A DNA stretch of 64,000 nt from contig OZ249436.1 of assembly GCA_965235115.1 (NCBI GenBank), positions 33,170,001 to 33,234,000 of the forward strand, given 5' to 3'. Source of the stretch: Laetmonice hystrix (Eukaryota). The notes under the pieces were generated by a model. The model searched no databases. It saw nothing but the letters and a program-made list of their open reading frames with translations, and had not been told where the DNA came from. Shown here piece after piece: positions 37,691 to 49,326 of the stretch. Both the position numbers and the translations under genes were made by a program. The stretch's first letter is position 1. Each line of letters starts with the position of its first letter.

Positions 37691-40600
37691 CTCTGCCATG
37701 ATGCAGCACACTTCAGACACAGTTCGCAAGCTCACTCACCACTTTCCTGGGATTCAAAAATGACAAGTCCTGGATAAAAATTAGATGCTCCCAGACTGTG
37801 CAACTCGACGACTTTACCAATGTCAACAAAAAAGGTACATCTATCACACATTTTTATACTGTATGATTTCACGACGATTTTCTTCAGACCTTACAGTTTG
37901 AAACATTTCTTTCAGGTTATAAAAATGCTTGATCGTGTGTAGACGAAGTAGAGGAGTTGTGGTTCTTGGTAATCTTTACAATAATTATCATGGGTTTCAC
38001 TTAATCTCCAATATGACATGTCTACGATTAGTGGCTATACCTATCAACAGGGAATCTGTATTTTTTTCTATACTGGAAAAAAACCCCACGATCCTTGAGC
38101 TCTGTTGAATGAGGCATCTAGCAGCCCAGGGCAAGCATGCAGTCAACACCCACGACCCCTCAAAGTCAGACAGACCGAGGCAGCAGCAGCCTGTCAACTC
38201 AACTATCCAGGTCACTTCTTTTTAGTCTTTACAATGAAATACTACTGTTCTGCCACCAGCGCTAGATGAAGAGATAGGGTTGCCAAGACAACCATTCAAA
38301 CCCTCAGTCCATGACTAAAGGCGTTCTGGTTCTTCTACGGTCTCTTGCCCTTCGCAAGGAGACCCACACTGAGTGTCTGGCCTAGACTTACTGGAGCACC
38401 TGAATATCAAAGTGTTTCATAATTATATAACACACAACTGATGAGCTCTGATTCATTATTTTGTAGACACCATGTACTGGGTAGATACAGATACCCCTTT
38501 TTTCATAGACCCTGTAATGAAGCATTATATTTATCTGACCTCCGACTAACAATTCAGAGATCACTGTATTAGTGCCATCTGCTCGTCTCGCTTACATTTA
38601 CGTTTAAAAGTAAACGTTATTGGACTGGAGCGCCCACATTCCCCCACTATGGTTGACAATAGTTGGACCAGTCTTCCTATAAACGATCGCTGGGTCTAAC
38701 CCGCACTGCCACCATTGACTGCACCCATCCGCTGTGGACACCGCCTCATATAAAACCACTTTTTCATGTACAAAAGTACATAAAGTCCATGAGATGGGGC
38801 CCGCCATGAGACAGACACCTGTACTGGCCAATCACTCATGTCTCTTTACCTTTGACCCGGGGTGGTGCAGTTACATATGTGTATGTACCTTATTTACTCC
38901 CTACCACCCGACCTGATCCCCTATGATATAGTTCCAAGTGTTAGATGCGCCACCATCCCAACCCACTAGCCCCGTTCACAGTCACTGCCCACGTTATTTT
39001 TATAAACAACTACTGGTCTATTTGGTTTTTTTTCGCCTTACATCACCACCTGAATGCTCCGTTATTTACATAATAAAACAGGTTACCTTTTTTTTCGTTT
39101 GAGGTTATGTTTCCCCGAGACAAGATATATTGAGGATAAGACAGTGATTCAGAGGGACCTTTGTATTTGCTTGGAAACATGAACGCCTTTTAAGCAAGTA
39201 ACTGCTGGTCGCTGGCAAACTATCTCTGGCTTATTAAGCTATTTACCTGTGTCGTCGGATACCTCGACAGCCAAGCTGCAGGTGTATGTCATTAACTTCA
39301 CTGCTTATAGCTTAACTATAATGACATGTGAACTTCCAGCCTTAAATTTGTTTAAATGGAGCAAATATGCAATGGGAAAGATAAGGCCGCAATTTGGACG
39401 CGCTGTGGCCAATTTTCTTTTCTTTCAATTCATTGTATCGCGGACGCCACATCTCTGCTGACCTTCATGTCACAAAATGACCTTCCCTCCTCCAATAAAA
39501 AAACAAACAAAACAATTCAAGCCATTGTTACATATGTCGTCGGCTCCTACGGGCACCTATCGCCTACCGTACCCGGCTTGTATGTCAACAGACATTCAGA
39601 AAACCTCACGAGGCCCTGAGGGGACTGAGCAAGGGTCAGGGACAAGGGTGGGGCTGGGGATGTGATGTGGGGGTGTAGGGAAAGGTAATGACCAGCACCC
39701 ACCCCCCAACAATACCCCCCTCACAGGTCAACAGGTTCACCTACAGATTAGCCGGAATCTGTATACCTGTGCTGTAGTGGACAAAACGTCATCTGATGGA
39801 CAAAACGTCATCTGATACCCCAGGCACCTGGCCTGCTCCAAGAACAAACAACTCCAATTACGATGTTCCTCACCGCCATGGAAACTCATTTTGACAGGCC
39901 GACAATACGATTTATGACCTGATCCAAATTTCTAAAACACAACACTACAATGTGTTTTGATTTCCTCACAATATAACCCATCGCGCATACTTCGGAAAAT
40001 TACTGTATGCGAGTAATTTACTTAATACAAATGGGGCTTCGCTTCCAATGTAGTAGTTACCTGTATATCCTGTATAGTTGTCAAAGACCGCCAAGCAGTC
40101 AATAGGAACAGCACTAAATGACAGGTGTTGTTTCAGGGCAGTTTGTTTTGCTAAGTGTGACAAGGAGTTGATTTGTGAGAAGACTGTCCCGTCTATACTA
40201 TGAGGGCATTGTTCTCTGTTGGCTAAGACAAACATTTAGTGTGTCCCCTTCCCTTCGCTCCCTGTGATAGGTTCGTGTGGGGGCGGTGACCGGCCGCGGT
40301 CATTTGTCCACTGCCTGTCCAGTAGTGGGTGTGGTCAGTGACAATGGTTGACCAGGGCCCTCAGGGATGTTTGAGTACACCCCTGTCATTACCTGAGGCC
40401 ATGGCCAAGACGGCGGCCAAATCACGGGGTCCCACCTGGCCGCCGGCTCGGACCGTCCGGTGCAGGTGAAAGGGGCACACGGTCCCCTCGTCCCTGAGGG
40501 ATACTTCCTCAACCAGACGACATCCAGGACTGGTAACACCCAGGACTTATGAAGACAAGGGGATCCAACCCGAGTGGAATAAAGGACCTCAGGGTGATCC

Positions 40601-40816
40601 TACATAGAAGGGAGACGTAGGCCACTCACTGTTCAGGCTGAGAGTTACAGTTTTGTCAATTATCAAAGTCTATAGCTAACCGCGTACTGTCTCAGGATGG
40701 AGCGAACTGCATATTTCCATGGGTTCAACCAAAATGGCCTCCCTCAATCAAATCTGTGTATCCTGCTCTCACGCAGTCTTGACATACCTTTTCTGTTTGG
40801 CCCCTGTCTCGAAAGG

Positions 40817-42049
40817 TCAATCTATGCTGAGAGGATTCACATTTTTGAAAGGATATACTTCAGGTAATGCCTTCGTCATTGTGGAAGGAATGTCTTCAAA
40901 TGCAAAGACTCTATTTGCCGACAATAGAACCCAATGGAAGAAAGTGTTCATATTACAGTTCCCACCAAAAACGTGATTATTCCCCACAAGGAGCCATTGA
41001 TAGTCGGCTGAACTTCCCATGTTCAAGATGGCTCTCACCAAGTCCTGCTGCCCTAATGAACAAACAATTTGGAACCAAATATACCGGCAATCAGAGAGAG
41101 AAACATAAGCCAGGACGAACACTGAAGTTGGTAGGCGGCACTGCCAACCTTTTGAATGAGTTCCAGAACACCGAGAGTGAAGAATTATAAACCCTAATGA
41201 GAAAGACCTCCATAACCTAGTGCCGATACCTGGGTAATAAAGGGCAGGAAAATATTTGAGAATTACAAACGGTGTCAGTGAATGGGGCGGGAGCTGCATG
41301 GGATGGTGGATCCTGGTGGTATGCAGTGAGTGGGAGGAGGTGGCGTTAGGAGGCAGTGAGTGGAGGGTGTAGGTGTACAATGACTTGAGGTTATACCCTG
41401 AATGGTGGGTGGAGACATAGAGTGGATTGGAGGATGGGGTACCTATACAGTGGTGGAAATGGTGTGCGCAATGTAAGGAAGGCCAGTGTAAATATAGTGA
41501 GTGGAAGATGGAGATATCAGGGGGGTATACTACAAGTACGACCATAAGTGGAGGTGGGACCAGTATACAAAAACGCAAAGCACCCTCACCATAAAACTCA
41601 ACGTTACTTTTAGCAACACTTTTCACAGCGGAATCAGCATTTTGATTCCATTCGGGACAGCACGTCCCCACCTCAGCATTGTTTATACAAGCCCTGCCCA
41701 GAGGCGCTACTACAACAGCTTGGGGTGGACTCATCAGTGGCACTGGACGGGGAAAACCTTGATTTGTTTTCCTACAGTATCCATGGCACCTGATCCAGTT
41801 ACCATTATAGCTCCACTCAATTAAATACTGGGGATTGTTTCCCAGTACTGACACACTAGGAGGTTGGGGGCTGTAGTGTCCTGTAATAAGCCACCAGCCA
41901 GGCCACCTAGTCCACTGATGGGCAAAAACCCACCGGAACTCTCCCCATGCTATGATGTGAAACCGTAAAGTCCAAACTTCAAAGCTGGTTACCAGGTCAC
42001 TACAACACTGAAATAGAATGAGTGATTTATTCCCCAAATCCTCAACCAT
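40817..42049 (-). CDS. Uncharacterised 410-codon ORF (no recognisable domain; may be non-coding)
   Basis: This is the longest non-tandem-repeat ORF in the window. The start context gtcATGG is strong and there is an in-frame stop 4 codons upstream. The composition is unusual (W/H/C-rich) and the middle is low-complexity. Confidence 0.25.
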   Translation of the reverse strand: MVEDLGNKSLILFQCCSDLVTSFEVWTLRFHIIAWGEFRWVFAHQWTRWPGWWLITGHYSPQPPSVSVLGNNPQYLIEWSYNGNWIRCHGYCRKTNQGFPRPVPLMSPPQAVVVAPLGRACINNAEVGTCCPEWNQNADSAVKSVAKSNVEFYGEGALRFCILVPPPLMVVLVVYPPDISIFHSLYLHWPSLHCAHHFHHCIGTPSSNPLYVSTHHSGYNLKSLYTYTLHSLPPNATSSHSLHTTRIHHPMQLPPHSLTPFVILKYFPALYYPGIGTRLWRSFSLGFIILHSRCSGTHSKGWQCRLPTSVFVLAYVSLSDCRYIWFQIVCSLGQQDLVRAILNMGSSADYQWLLVGNNHVFGGNCNMNTFFHWVLLSANRVFAFEDIPSTMTKALPEVYPFKNVNPLSID

Positions 42050-42382
42050 GACTCCAAATTAATTTGGACGGTGAACTCCTACAAGAAACTTCTGATATGG
42101 ACTTTGAGATGTCAGAGAGCCTGTTTCTAGATAACAGTTAATGTGATTACTTCACCTTTGAGTATATTACTCCTACTCATCTTGGTTAAAGACAACCATG
42201 TGTAGTAAATAAAACCTTCATATCCACTATATTCATGAAAATTATTCATACCTAAAATACCTCAACGGGCAAATACAAACCAGATGTACAAATAACACCT
42301 CTACTGACCCCCACCCCCCACACCTACCGGTAGGCCTATATGTTCCTCCCATAATCTGAACCTCCGGCAACAATAGTTTCCG

Positions 42383-42410
42383 ACTTACCTGTAAATAAAG
42401 AAAAAAACAG
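42383..42410 (-). promoter_or_regulatory. Candidate recursive (zero-length exon) splice site
   Basis: The minus strand reads gctcatgtcctgtttttttctttatttacag|gtaagt: a branch-like motif, a polypyrimidine tract, CAG, and an immediately abutting consensus donor. The junction is at 42389/42388. Confidence 0.5.
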
Positions 42411-43214
42411 GACATGAGCATAATGTTTTATACCAAAGACGCGCCAACGATGCATTCTTCACATCAGATGACACCGCGACTGTCCTAAACTCTTGTCTTG
42501 CCTTGTGCCTGAACTTAGTTGAGCGGTTCAAACGGGCAGCAGCTCAGCTCCGTGATAACCTTGAATCAGATACGCATGACCTTCAAACGGTCCAAACGTT
42601 CATGTGGACGGCGGTGAGTTCTGCTCACTGCAGATATGATGTATGGTTGGGTGTGAATTCCCACCAGATTGTGGCCTGGTAGTTTTACACCTTGCTCTGG
42701 TCTCTACCCCGACCTACCATGTAAACCCCCCCCCCCCCCCCACACACACACACCCAACTCCCCTCCCTGGGACATGATATATGCATGTGGGTCATGGGGA
42801 GTCAGAGAGATAGGCCGCAGATGGGGTAACGGTGACACACTTCTGAAGGCTCACGACCCAAACAAGCTGGCAGGTTCGCCCCTATCAAGGGTCACAACAC
42901 AGCTGCGTTAACAAGGATATATACATCCTGAAATATATGTCTGAACCTACAACCTTCCTCCACGGTTCTATCCGCCACTTTTAATCTCATTTGAGATCAG
43001 TACCGAAATCCTCCATTTCTCTGTATCCGCCACTGATTCTGCGTTTATGTCCCAATTTAAAATTCGGTGGAATCCGGTGAAATGTTGCGGTAATCTTCCC
43101 CGCAGTTGGTGTCTGTCTGATTCTAGCGTAATAAGAACATAGATGTGTTCACATTGGAGTTGACACTCTGACGGGCGGATAGAATCTGTCTTTATTAACC
43201 CGCCTCTGCTATCA

Positions 43215-43410
43215 AACGTCTGGTCTCCGGAGTGGAGGCCACGACATAACTCGCTCCACCAGATACACAACAACCCCCCATCCCGGTGATAACTCGCACG
43301 GTGATGGCGCCCCAAAACATGACGCTGCTATCTTTTTGGATGTAGCCCACTGGGTCCAGACCAGCCTTGAATTCACTCTCTATGGAGAAAAAAAACCGGC
43401 GGAAACGCTG
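43215..43410 (-). mobile_element. Decayed, internally deleted Tc1/mariner transposase relic
   Basis: Three motifs occur in the right order across two frames: RRFFFSIESEF (cf. W++V+FSDESxF), SSVMFWGAIT (cf. GSVMVWG.I) and VMSWPPLRRPD (cf. WPxxSPDLNPIE). The spacing is much shorter than in intact transposases. Confidence 0.4.
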
Positions 43411-45454
43411 ACCAAAAAAAATACCACTCATCATGGGTTGTCAAATAGAAACCTTTGAGGAATCAATCTTGAAATGTTTTTATCTGTATGCATGCAGACA
43501 ACTACGAGAGGAGACGATCAGATGACGCCAAGATTGATCCAAACATGTAACTCCAGAACTGTTTCCCTCCATACAAATCTGTCATATGCCCACGAAATGT
43601 CAGTCAAATAAATGTACTTTTGAAAGGTATTAAATGTAGGGGGAGAACAGTTAATATTAAAAGTCATCCTCCAAAAGTTGGGTTTGTGGATTCGGACTAA
43701 CTCACCCTCACTCTGATTCCTATAGCTTAAAATACTTGTCATCATCATGATCGCTATGCCATGGCCCACGCCTCTGAAATATAGCTACATTCCACGTAGC
43801 AGCAGGGGCCCCCTCCCCCCACTGTTAATATTCTATAAAGTGCTTTCTTAACTTGGCGGGCTGAGCGGCCAGAAATAAATACTTCGGAAACTCTTCAATT
43901 TCACACTAAAAGTGTATGTCATTATCCGCGTCTATAGGTAGACCTCCCCAAGGCAATCTTGAGAACCCTCAATATATAATAGGCACAGACCAGGCGTCAG
44001 CTCATCATTTTGGTCGTATGCTGGGTTCGGAGGTCTGGCGAACGCTATACTGTTACAGCTGTAGGGTCGGCCGAGTATGTGATTCATTCCCTGGCCAATC
44101 CCGTCCCCTGAGGAGTCGGTAATGATTGCCCCGCGTATCCATTGCCCCACCCATAGCCCCTCACTGATACCCTCTCCCCATATACCTCCCACCAAATTCT
44201 GCCCCTTGGTGAGGCTAGGAGATGAAGTCCCTTACGACCTTCTAATTACCCTCCTGAAAAACCCATCACCCCAGGTACGGCATCTCACCCGAGGCATCCC
44301 CAAACCCATGAGCGATTCGTTCACTCGGGTCGCCATTCCGCAGGCACCATAACTGCTGAGTCCTTGTATCTCAAGCTGTATGATTACGGTATCTCAGGCC
44401 CCACCCTCAAAATTTAGTAAAACTACGTGATAAAACGTATAATGTTGCTTGAAAAGTACAGACTTGGCTGTTGGTTGATAATGGCCAGTGAGTGGGGTGG
44501 GCAGCCTGAGGGTGGGTTTACGAGGTGTGGTCACTCGGAGCCCACACACATGTCCCACCTGGAGCCAACTCCCCCCTCCCCTCCTCATCTAGTCCCACCC
44601 TAACATAACCCTCACCTGGACTCCACGGACCCTTCACCTGGGGCTGTTCACCTCGGAACCTTCACTGTAACCTTTAGCTGAGCCCATGAACTCTCTGTCC
44701 ACAGGAGGGTCATTAACAAACCCCTAATCTTTGTTTTATTTCCCCTCTGAACACGTCAATGACACGTTTCTTCCCTTCCGCTCAAGTAGAATGACCTTCG
44801 AGCCTACTAGGACTATGTGAGTCATGTGCCACGCTATAGCAATATTACAAAATACTGATTTTAATCACCTTTATTGAAGGCCTTCATAAAATAACCGCAT
44901 GTTATTTAGGGAAAAGTCTTGATCTCCAGGTGTAGTTTGTATTCTACTGATGCCGTCGTTGTTGTGGCTGCAGCCGTCGCCGTATACACCAATAGTGGCG
45001 GGTGGCGGGTGGCGGCCGGGAGGAGAAAGTTTCACTGTTTTCATGTTACCCATCTGTGGTTGATGTCTCAGCACTTTACGTATCAGCCCCCACAGCCTTG
45101 TATCACGGTCGGCGGCTGTTATCAGCTCCAGACCCTCCCCCCCCCCTCTCCAGCCGCACGCTGGCCCCGCTAAGATCCTGGTGACAGCTGCTAGAACCAT
45201 CAGCTGCCAAAAGATCTCTGCACCCACTGCAGATTCACCCTTCGCCATCTGCAGGAGTACTTGGCCTTCCTTGACAACCACCATCTGCTGGGATCAGCCA
45301 ATCATGCCACACGGCAGCACAGAACACAAATACGTGTAAACCATGTTTTAACAAGGCCATGGCAGAAAAACCTAAACTGGGGGTCAGGATATGGACGAAA
45401 ATAAAACTAGCGGTGGCAGACCTGTAATCTATTGGACACCTGCCCTTGTATACA

Positions 45455-45586
45455 GCACATGAGATCAGGTCCCACTAAAGACCTAGCCCATCTCTATCTT
45501 ATATTCAAAAATGGGGAAAATCTTCAAAAATAATGACCATCACCTTCTTTTTAGTTGACAAAGAACAGTTGCTAAAGAAGCTAGAA
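45455..45586 (+). mobile_element. Possible decayed LINE reverse-transcriptase N-terminal motif
   Basis: SGPTKDLAHLYLIFKNGE, then aataatgaccatcaccttctt...gctaaagaagctagaa. This resembles G.VPKDWK.A.V.PIFKKG...NYRPI.LL...K.LE. Confidence 0.3.
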
Positions 45587-48500
45587 TTCCACTCCCATTA
45601 CTTTCGTGTAGCATGCACGTCGTCCTACATGATTCTACGCCAAGTATAACGAAGGTTACAGTTCCCAGTCTTCATGTGACAGGATCGTCTACACAACCAA
45701 CCCAGTGCTACGATGGTGCCTGAGGCCGATCGGGTCAGAGGCCCACCGTCCACCAGCCCAGACTGGAGCGAGACGTCTGGCCCGTGTCAGTCAGCATTCC
45801 TCCCCCCGTTAACACTCGGCTTGAGACCATCCCTGACGACTCCAACACCTTTAAAACCAACCGCCAGCCACCGTTTAGAACTTCATCAAACACGCGTTCG
45901 GCGGAGCCAGCGCGGCCACCGTCTCCAACCTTACACATGCTCGTGGCAGATTGCGATGGGAAAAACACGGATTCGGGTGGCAATATTCCACCCTGGAGTG
46001 ACAGACAACCCACCATCCCAGAAATGGTTCATCTTCACGGCCAGGCGTCAGGACTCCGCTGGCAACAGCTGACAGCCAGCCAGAGCTCCAGCTTGCTTCA
46101 GCTGCGCAAACCCTTGATCCTTGCTGAGCAGGGTGCTCCCCAAGGGGTGTTTGTTGTTGCCCCAGTTTTGGGTGGGGTGTCTTGTTGCTCAGGTGATGGA
46201 GGAGGTGACAACATAAAGCGCAGCCTCTGGACCGATACATCTGGCACCTGTATCAGTCTTGGGTGCTGAATGTTCCAGTCAGCCAACACCTCCACAGGTA
46301 GACAGAAACACACACAAACATCTAATACACGTTCACCTGGACCCGCTTTTTCAAAACTTAACTTTATGCTCAGTCGAGTTTCAAATAAAAGTTGCATGAA
46401 TATCAACTTAAACATGTATACGCAACTGAACCTAATCAAATAATAGCATCACAAATCCGCATGCACTTTATGAGATCCAACTAAAATAGAAAATATTTCA
46501 TGGACCCCTTCCTGTGAGAATATGTTCGTTAACGCACACAACATGTGCATGGAAAGGTAGGACTGGTTTCCAAATGTACATCATAACTGGTGGCAGGACA
46601 ATAGAGTGAGACAAATGGGCTCTGCTGAGACATATGCTCTGACTTAACATCCCCGCAGCGTAAGCAAATGAGCGGCAGCCGAACATTCTCAGCTTATTAA
46701 CCACAGCATGTAACTTACATAATATCTCAGGTGGCCTGCCATGCTAAACTTACAACCCCATGGAAAATGAGGCGGGACCCATGCGAAGAGATTTTTTTAA
46801 ATCACAGACTCAAGTATATCTTCTGTGCACCTGTTACTTCCATGGGCCCCATGTACTGGAAATGACCAGTTTCACAGCATGTCACTAAACCAAGGCTGGA
46901 TTTCCCTTCTCCTCATTATCTTCTCCCGGCTCTCATTCCTCGGTCAACCAATTCTCTCACCGAGTCCCAGTCACGTGAACTTGTATGGCCTTCAGAAGAA
47001 AATCCTTGAAACTCCCTGTGGCAGCAGCCACGGCCACACATGCTGCGGCCCCTGTGGCCATACGCAGGTCAAAGGTTGCTCGAACGCCGGAACAACCTCA
47101 GCAAGGGGGAGATCTGTCATTGAGCCAATGATCACTTCCCAATGCTTCCCCTCTATAATGGCTGACCGTAAGGAAGCCACTGCCCCCCCCCCCCCCATCT
47201 CCAATATAAGTCTAGGTGCTGGGGAAGCCGGGACGGGGGGGGGGGGTACGGATTGCATACCTGAATCACGCAGCTCATCTGCACGTTTAGCCCTCACCCG
47301 TCTTTGCCCTGACCATATGGATATAACACTCTGTTGGACTGCTTGGAAAATGATACGGACCCCGAGGTAAGTCTTATATTTTGCAAAAATAACCGAAAAA
47401 TATGTCCGACGTTCCCACATGGGAAGAATTAGATCTCAAACCAGTACCTGCTTCTATCCAAGGAGGATAACTACAGCAGTTTTTATTGTTTTCATGCGAC
47501 TAGGCTTTGGATCCCCATGAAGTCAATTTAAAGAGTTCCTAGGGCCAAACGAAAAGTTCCTGAGGTAGCTTGAGGAATTTGGTTTAATCAGTAGGCTGGA
47601 CGTGTCCAAGCAGATTGTCTTGGTGACCTTCAATTTGACCTCTCCGATCCTCCACCACATTGGGCGAGTACAGGTTAAACCCCCTCAGGTCAACTGTGGC
47701 CGTCCTGCATGGTCCACAGCCTCAGATCTTTCTCACCTGTCACACCAAATAACACAGAGCTTCAGTCAAGTCATTACCGCCAGCCCCGGAATGTCCACAG
47801 TCAGTTGAATAAAATCTGCCTCCGACTTGACCAAGTGATACACATATCTCAAGGCTGAACTGTCTGATAAACGGGCTTCATTGGATGACTGTGAAATAGG
47901 TCTCATGGTGGTTACCCTGACACTCATAGTGTCCCATTCGGACCTGGTGTTCTGGCTTCATGATTCCTCCAAGATAACGTCGGCCCTACGACTGGCTATA
48001 GCAGCATTCACTTCATACATTACGCGCTCGTACAAAGATTTCTACGCTGAGCGGTTCCATGTACTAGAAGTTACCGGGGATTTTTATCTTGGCTGTTGTC
48101 AAAGATCCACACCAGTCAGACCAGAAGCCAACATGTGTGTTTGATTAAAGCGAAGTCAGAACTAGGAACATCCAGACGTTTATACGCATCTGTGTCTCTG
48201 ACCCATCTTGGAATCTGGCTCGAAGATATCGAACTTTTCTATTCTGCCTTAACAGTAGCTGTCTCTAAAATTACTATTCCTGAAAGTAAATAAAAGTCTT
48301 TTATATACGCATCATAAGAATCTCCTGCGTAGCCTTTTGACGTTGGCGTTCACGCATACCTGTAGGAGACCATCGTTTATGAAACAATTTACTTCAGTCT
48401 CTAGATGTGTGTGTATTTGCGGCAACCGGAATAATTAACCTCCAACCCGACAACACCTTGGGCATACCAACACACACCTCCGATAAGCCATACTCCATCG

Positions 48501-49292
48501 TAACACCTGCAGGACTCTGTCAACTGTCAACCGTCACCAAACGGTTTCCATACCCCAAACTTCAACAGTCCAATTGAGAAGAATATGTTAGGTATAGGTC
48601 TGCACTGACTTTCTATATAAATTAGGAAAGTGGCGTTTCAAACACTGTGGACAACTTGGAGAAACCTCTGGTGGGCATGCTGGATCCTGGGTTCACACGG
48701 TCAAGAAATGAATCATTTACTATGACCTTCGTGACCGACAGTGAAGTTTCCAACTGTTCATACCTTTCCAAGGACCAATTAATCATGTCATCATCGTCAG
48801 ATAAGAACTAGGCGTTTCAGTCTATAATCTAATAACGTTTCCCTCCGTTTTCCAATTCGGATACTTGCAACTCGGATACGTACTCGATATGCATATTTTG
48901 AATACCTTGGACATTTTACATATTTTAATAATATCACAGATTTGAGCTTGGACCTGAACAAATGTCATCCTGGACTGTTACCGTCTGACCCAACATTTAG
49001 GCCGGGGACTAGGCTAATGTCATCCTTGAGAGCGCTGAGGTCAGTGCGGGTCAGTCTACAGTGACCAAAGACAGCTGGTTTGGGGCAAAGATTCCCCCTG
49101 GCCCAACTCCTGTCACTCCTTCCTTGACTCTTCCCACCTAATTAACCCTTGACCACCCGCACACAGCCCTATACCCTGGGAATAAATCTTACTAAGGCAC
49201 TCCCCATTTTGTCCGGATGGATTATATAGGAAAATACTCTTTTTATAGCTGTTCAGCATGGGAAAAAAATCAAATACCTATTTTCGTCAAAT

Positions 49293-49326
49293 CAACGAGA
49301 CTAGACAGACCTGTCTAGTCTCGTTG
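49293..49326. mobile_element. 34-bp palindromic micro-element CAACG...CGTTG with 7-bp target-site duplication
   Basis: gtcaaat [CAACGAGACTAGACAG ac CTGTCTAGTCTCGTTG] gtcaaat. The arms are a perfect 16 bp and GTCAAAT is repeated at 49286-49292 and 49327-49333. Confidence 0.65.

Noticed and set aside
39779-39816. Short tandem duplications (19 bp here; 14 bp at ~6324; ~64 bp at ~51865; 21 bp at ~58881)
   Set aside because: These are ordinary local duplications with no further structure.
46825-47370. 181-aa ORF ending at a strong donor (GAG|gtaagt)
   Set aside because: There is no recognisable protein, it includes homopolymer C and G runs, and there is no convincing acceptor. Isolated GTAAGT hexamers are expected by chance.
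48500-48700. LINE linker-like KxxN(W)EEY in a plus frame
   Set aside because: It is a single short motif with stops, and there is no supporting endonuclease or RT motif nearby.
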